Shown: positions 62,061 through 64,000 of the stretch, in pieces
Layout: the number at the start of each line of letters is the position of its first letter
Position numbering within the stretch: the first letter of the stretch is position 1
Origin: Phoronis australis
Lineage: Eukaryota; Animalia; Phoronida
Assembly (NCBI GenBank): GCA_002633005.1
Contig: NMRA01000104.1
Location: 1-64,000 of the forward strand
DNA length: 64,000 nucleotides
Direction of reading: 5' to 3'
The notes under the pieces: model-generated
The model's input: only the letters and a program-made list of their open reading frames with translations
Told to the model about the DNA's origin: nothing
The model's database searches: none
Made by a program: the position numbers and the translations under genes

Positions 62061-63053
62061 GTACGTATTTAGGAAAGTAATAGGGGGGTGGCTGTTATTG
62101 CTTTCTGGCTTGATGGTAATATCTCACCAAATTAGGGCACAATATGGCGAACTAGTAAAATTGGTATTTTTTTATTATTTTGTAAAAGATAAGTTGCACC
62201 AAATAAATGTAGAAACAGGCAAATGAAATTTAAAATCTATCACTTGTCTTTACATTTAGTGAAGAGCCACACTTGTTAAGACTCGAAAGCTAGTGGTTTT
62301 TAATATTTATTTTTATTCTTTTACCTGTTTCTACATTGTCTAATTTTATCCAGTCTCAACATATGTCATTTTAAACCAAAAAAAAACACCAGGTACTGTT
62401 TTGAGCAGTTGTGGGAATGCACTTGCGACCCTGTTAAAGCAAATAGATAATTTAAAGCTTTTGAAAGGTAAAGATAGGTCAGTTTTTGCAATTATTTTTG
62501 TCTGATATTGGTGATATTTTACTGTACTTGGGGCTTGACTGAGATGTTGCTGTAAAGTGGTTGCACAACTGTAAGTCCCCCCACTTGTTCGTGTTGAAGA
62601 ATATGGTAAATGTATGTACCCCAATTGTACATGTTGAAGAGTATGGTAACTAGGCCCCCAGGTTAATGCCGCTGAAGACCTGAGGATTGAAGGTGTTGTG
62701 CAGTATTGAATTGACCTATCGCCTGCATTTTGAGTGATGGCTGAACTGACCTATCAGAACGCAGCATTCTTGACACACCTTCGTTTCCAAGCCGCCATTT
62801 TACCCGACAAACACGTTGCGGGTTAAAACTTATTGTTTGTTTGTCAACATTTTGTAGGGGGCGGAGCTTGCGATAGGTCAATTATGATTGGTTAATTTCG
62901 ATCCAAGTTGGTATGGTTGGCATAGCGAAGTTGCTCAAGACTATTCTCCAGCATTGCACGATATTTCTCTTGAACTCGTCTTTTAGGAAGAAATTAATTT
63001 GAAATTTGGGTTTTTTCAATACATGTAATCGGTACTTTGTATTTGTCTGTCAG

Positions 63054-63086
63054 CAGTCCATGATGTGACAAGTAACTCCAACATGA
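63054..63086 (+). CDS. candidate 33-nt phase 1-1 micro-exon of the Ig-CAM gene (AVHDVTSNSNM)
   Basis: Pyrimidine-rich ttgtatttgtctgtcag(cag) acceptor and A|gtaagt donor; open and in frame with exon 61734-62060. No homology support. Confidence 0.5.
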
Positions 63087-64000
63087 GTAAGTGCTATGTT
63101 CAGCCCAGATTCCTGTTAACTTGAATGACTGCAGGCTGCCTCATTGTGTTCTGTTGGAATGTATTACATGCTACACATACTATTACAATAATAACAATAT
63201 AACGCTTTTTGTTTTAGCAATCCCCTCTTCCAATGTTCAAGTTTTCTGTTGTTTTCGTTCATTACTTTAACAAAGCTACCAGAGATTTTGTTAGGTGTTG
63301 ACCATTGGACTGGATCCAATTTGTATTCAGAATGTCCTTTTTATTTTTCCTTAGTATGGACAACTGTTCCATTCATTTGTGGCAGCAACTCTGTGCTTGT
63401 CCTGTTCTCTTTTCATGTTCATTACGTGCTTGCGAGTTCAAGCGGACACACAAAGAATCTGCATCTTCTTTAATTTAATGAAAATTGTTGTATCTTGTAA
63501 AAATGAATATATCGTGCACAATTGTGCTCTTTTATGTCCTTGTATGAAAACTTCTCATCATTTGGCAAGAACATGTTTAGGAACTGATGAGGCCATGCAG
63601 CTCAGCCTCAAAAATTCATTTCAGTAGGTCACGTGGTCTATATCGCATTTATACTAATCAAACAACTATTTTATGACAATATGGTTAAGTTTTACATTCA
63701 TTTCTACTGACTATCTGATTTTTTAAAAATCCTGACAGATTTTTGTTGTTGCGCATCATTGTCCTGAACAAAATATCATCAAAATGTCTGGTTATGCCTC
63801 CGTTATTGTACAATATGACGTGTTCTTGTTCATTCCTGTTGTCGTGGTGATTGCAAACTCATTGTGACTGGGACAGTTGATCTCGAGATGTTGCCTTGTG
63901 CATTTGTCTGTATCCATTCGACAGTACACTATTTGGTGTACACCATACTTGAAGCGACTTTCCACTGCATATGTTGAGAAATTTCTGAAAAAGTAAAATT

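Overview
AT-rich, intron-rich, repeat-rich animal genomic DNA that looks like a non-vertebrate bilaterian, possibly a marine lophotrochozoan (inference). The six-frame ORF track is mostly noise, so gene models were rebuilt by hand from GT-AG splice sites and reading-frame phase. Three genes are present. (1) The 5' end of staufen on the minus strand: three coding exons covering the first dsRBD, running off the left edge. (2) A complete 12-exon CCZ1 (Mon1-Ccz1 Rab7 GEF subunit, 460 aa) at 5185-20437, head-to-head with staufen. (3) A divergent L1/neuroglian-family Ig cell-adhesion gene with a signal peptide at 43649 and five Ig domains through 62060, running off the right edge; its fifth domain looks like L1 Ig6, so Ig5 appears to be absent. 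Introns hold many non-autonomous DNA elements: a Kolobok-like element with a THAP remnant, hAT, Harbinger and Tc1 MITEs, Helentron/HINE-like elements with ~143-bp monomers each carrying a CTCF-like motif, a LINE RT fragment and minisatellites. There is also a 104-bp near-perfect palindrome across a hAT end and an apparent heterozygous insertion caught at a contig join.
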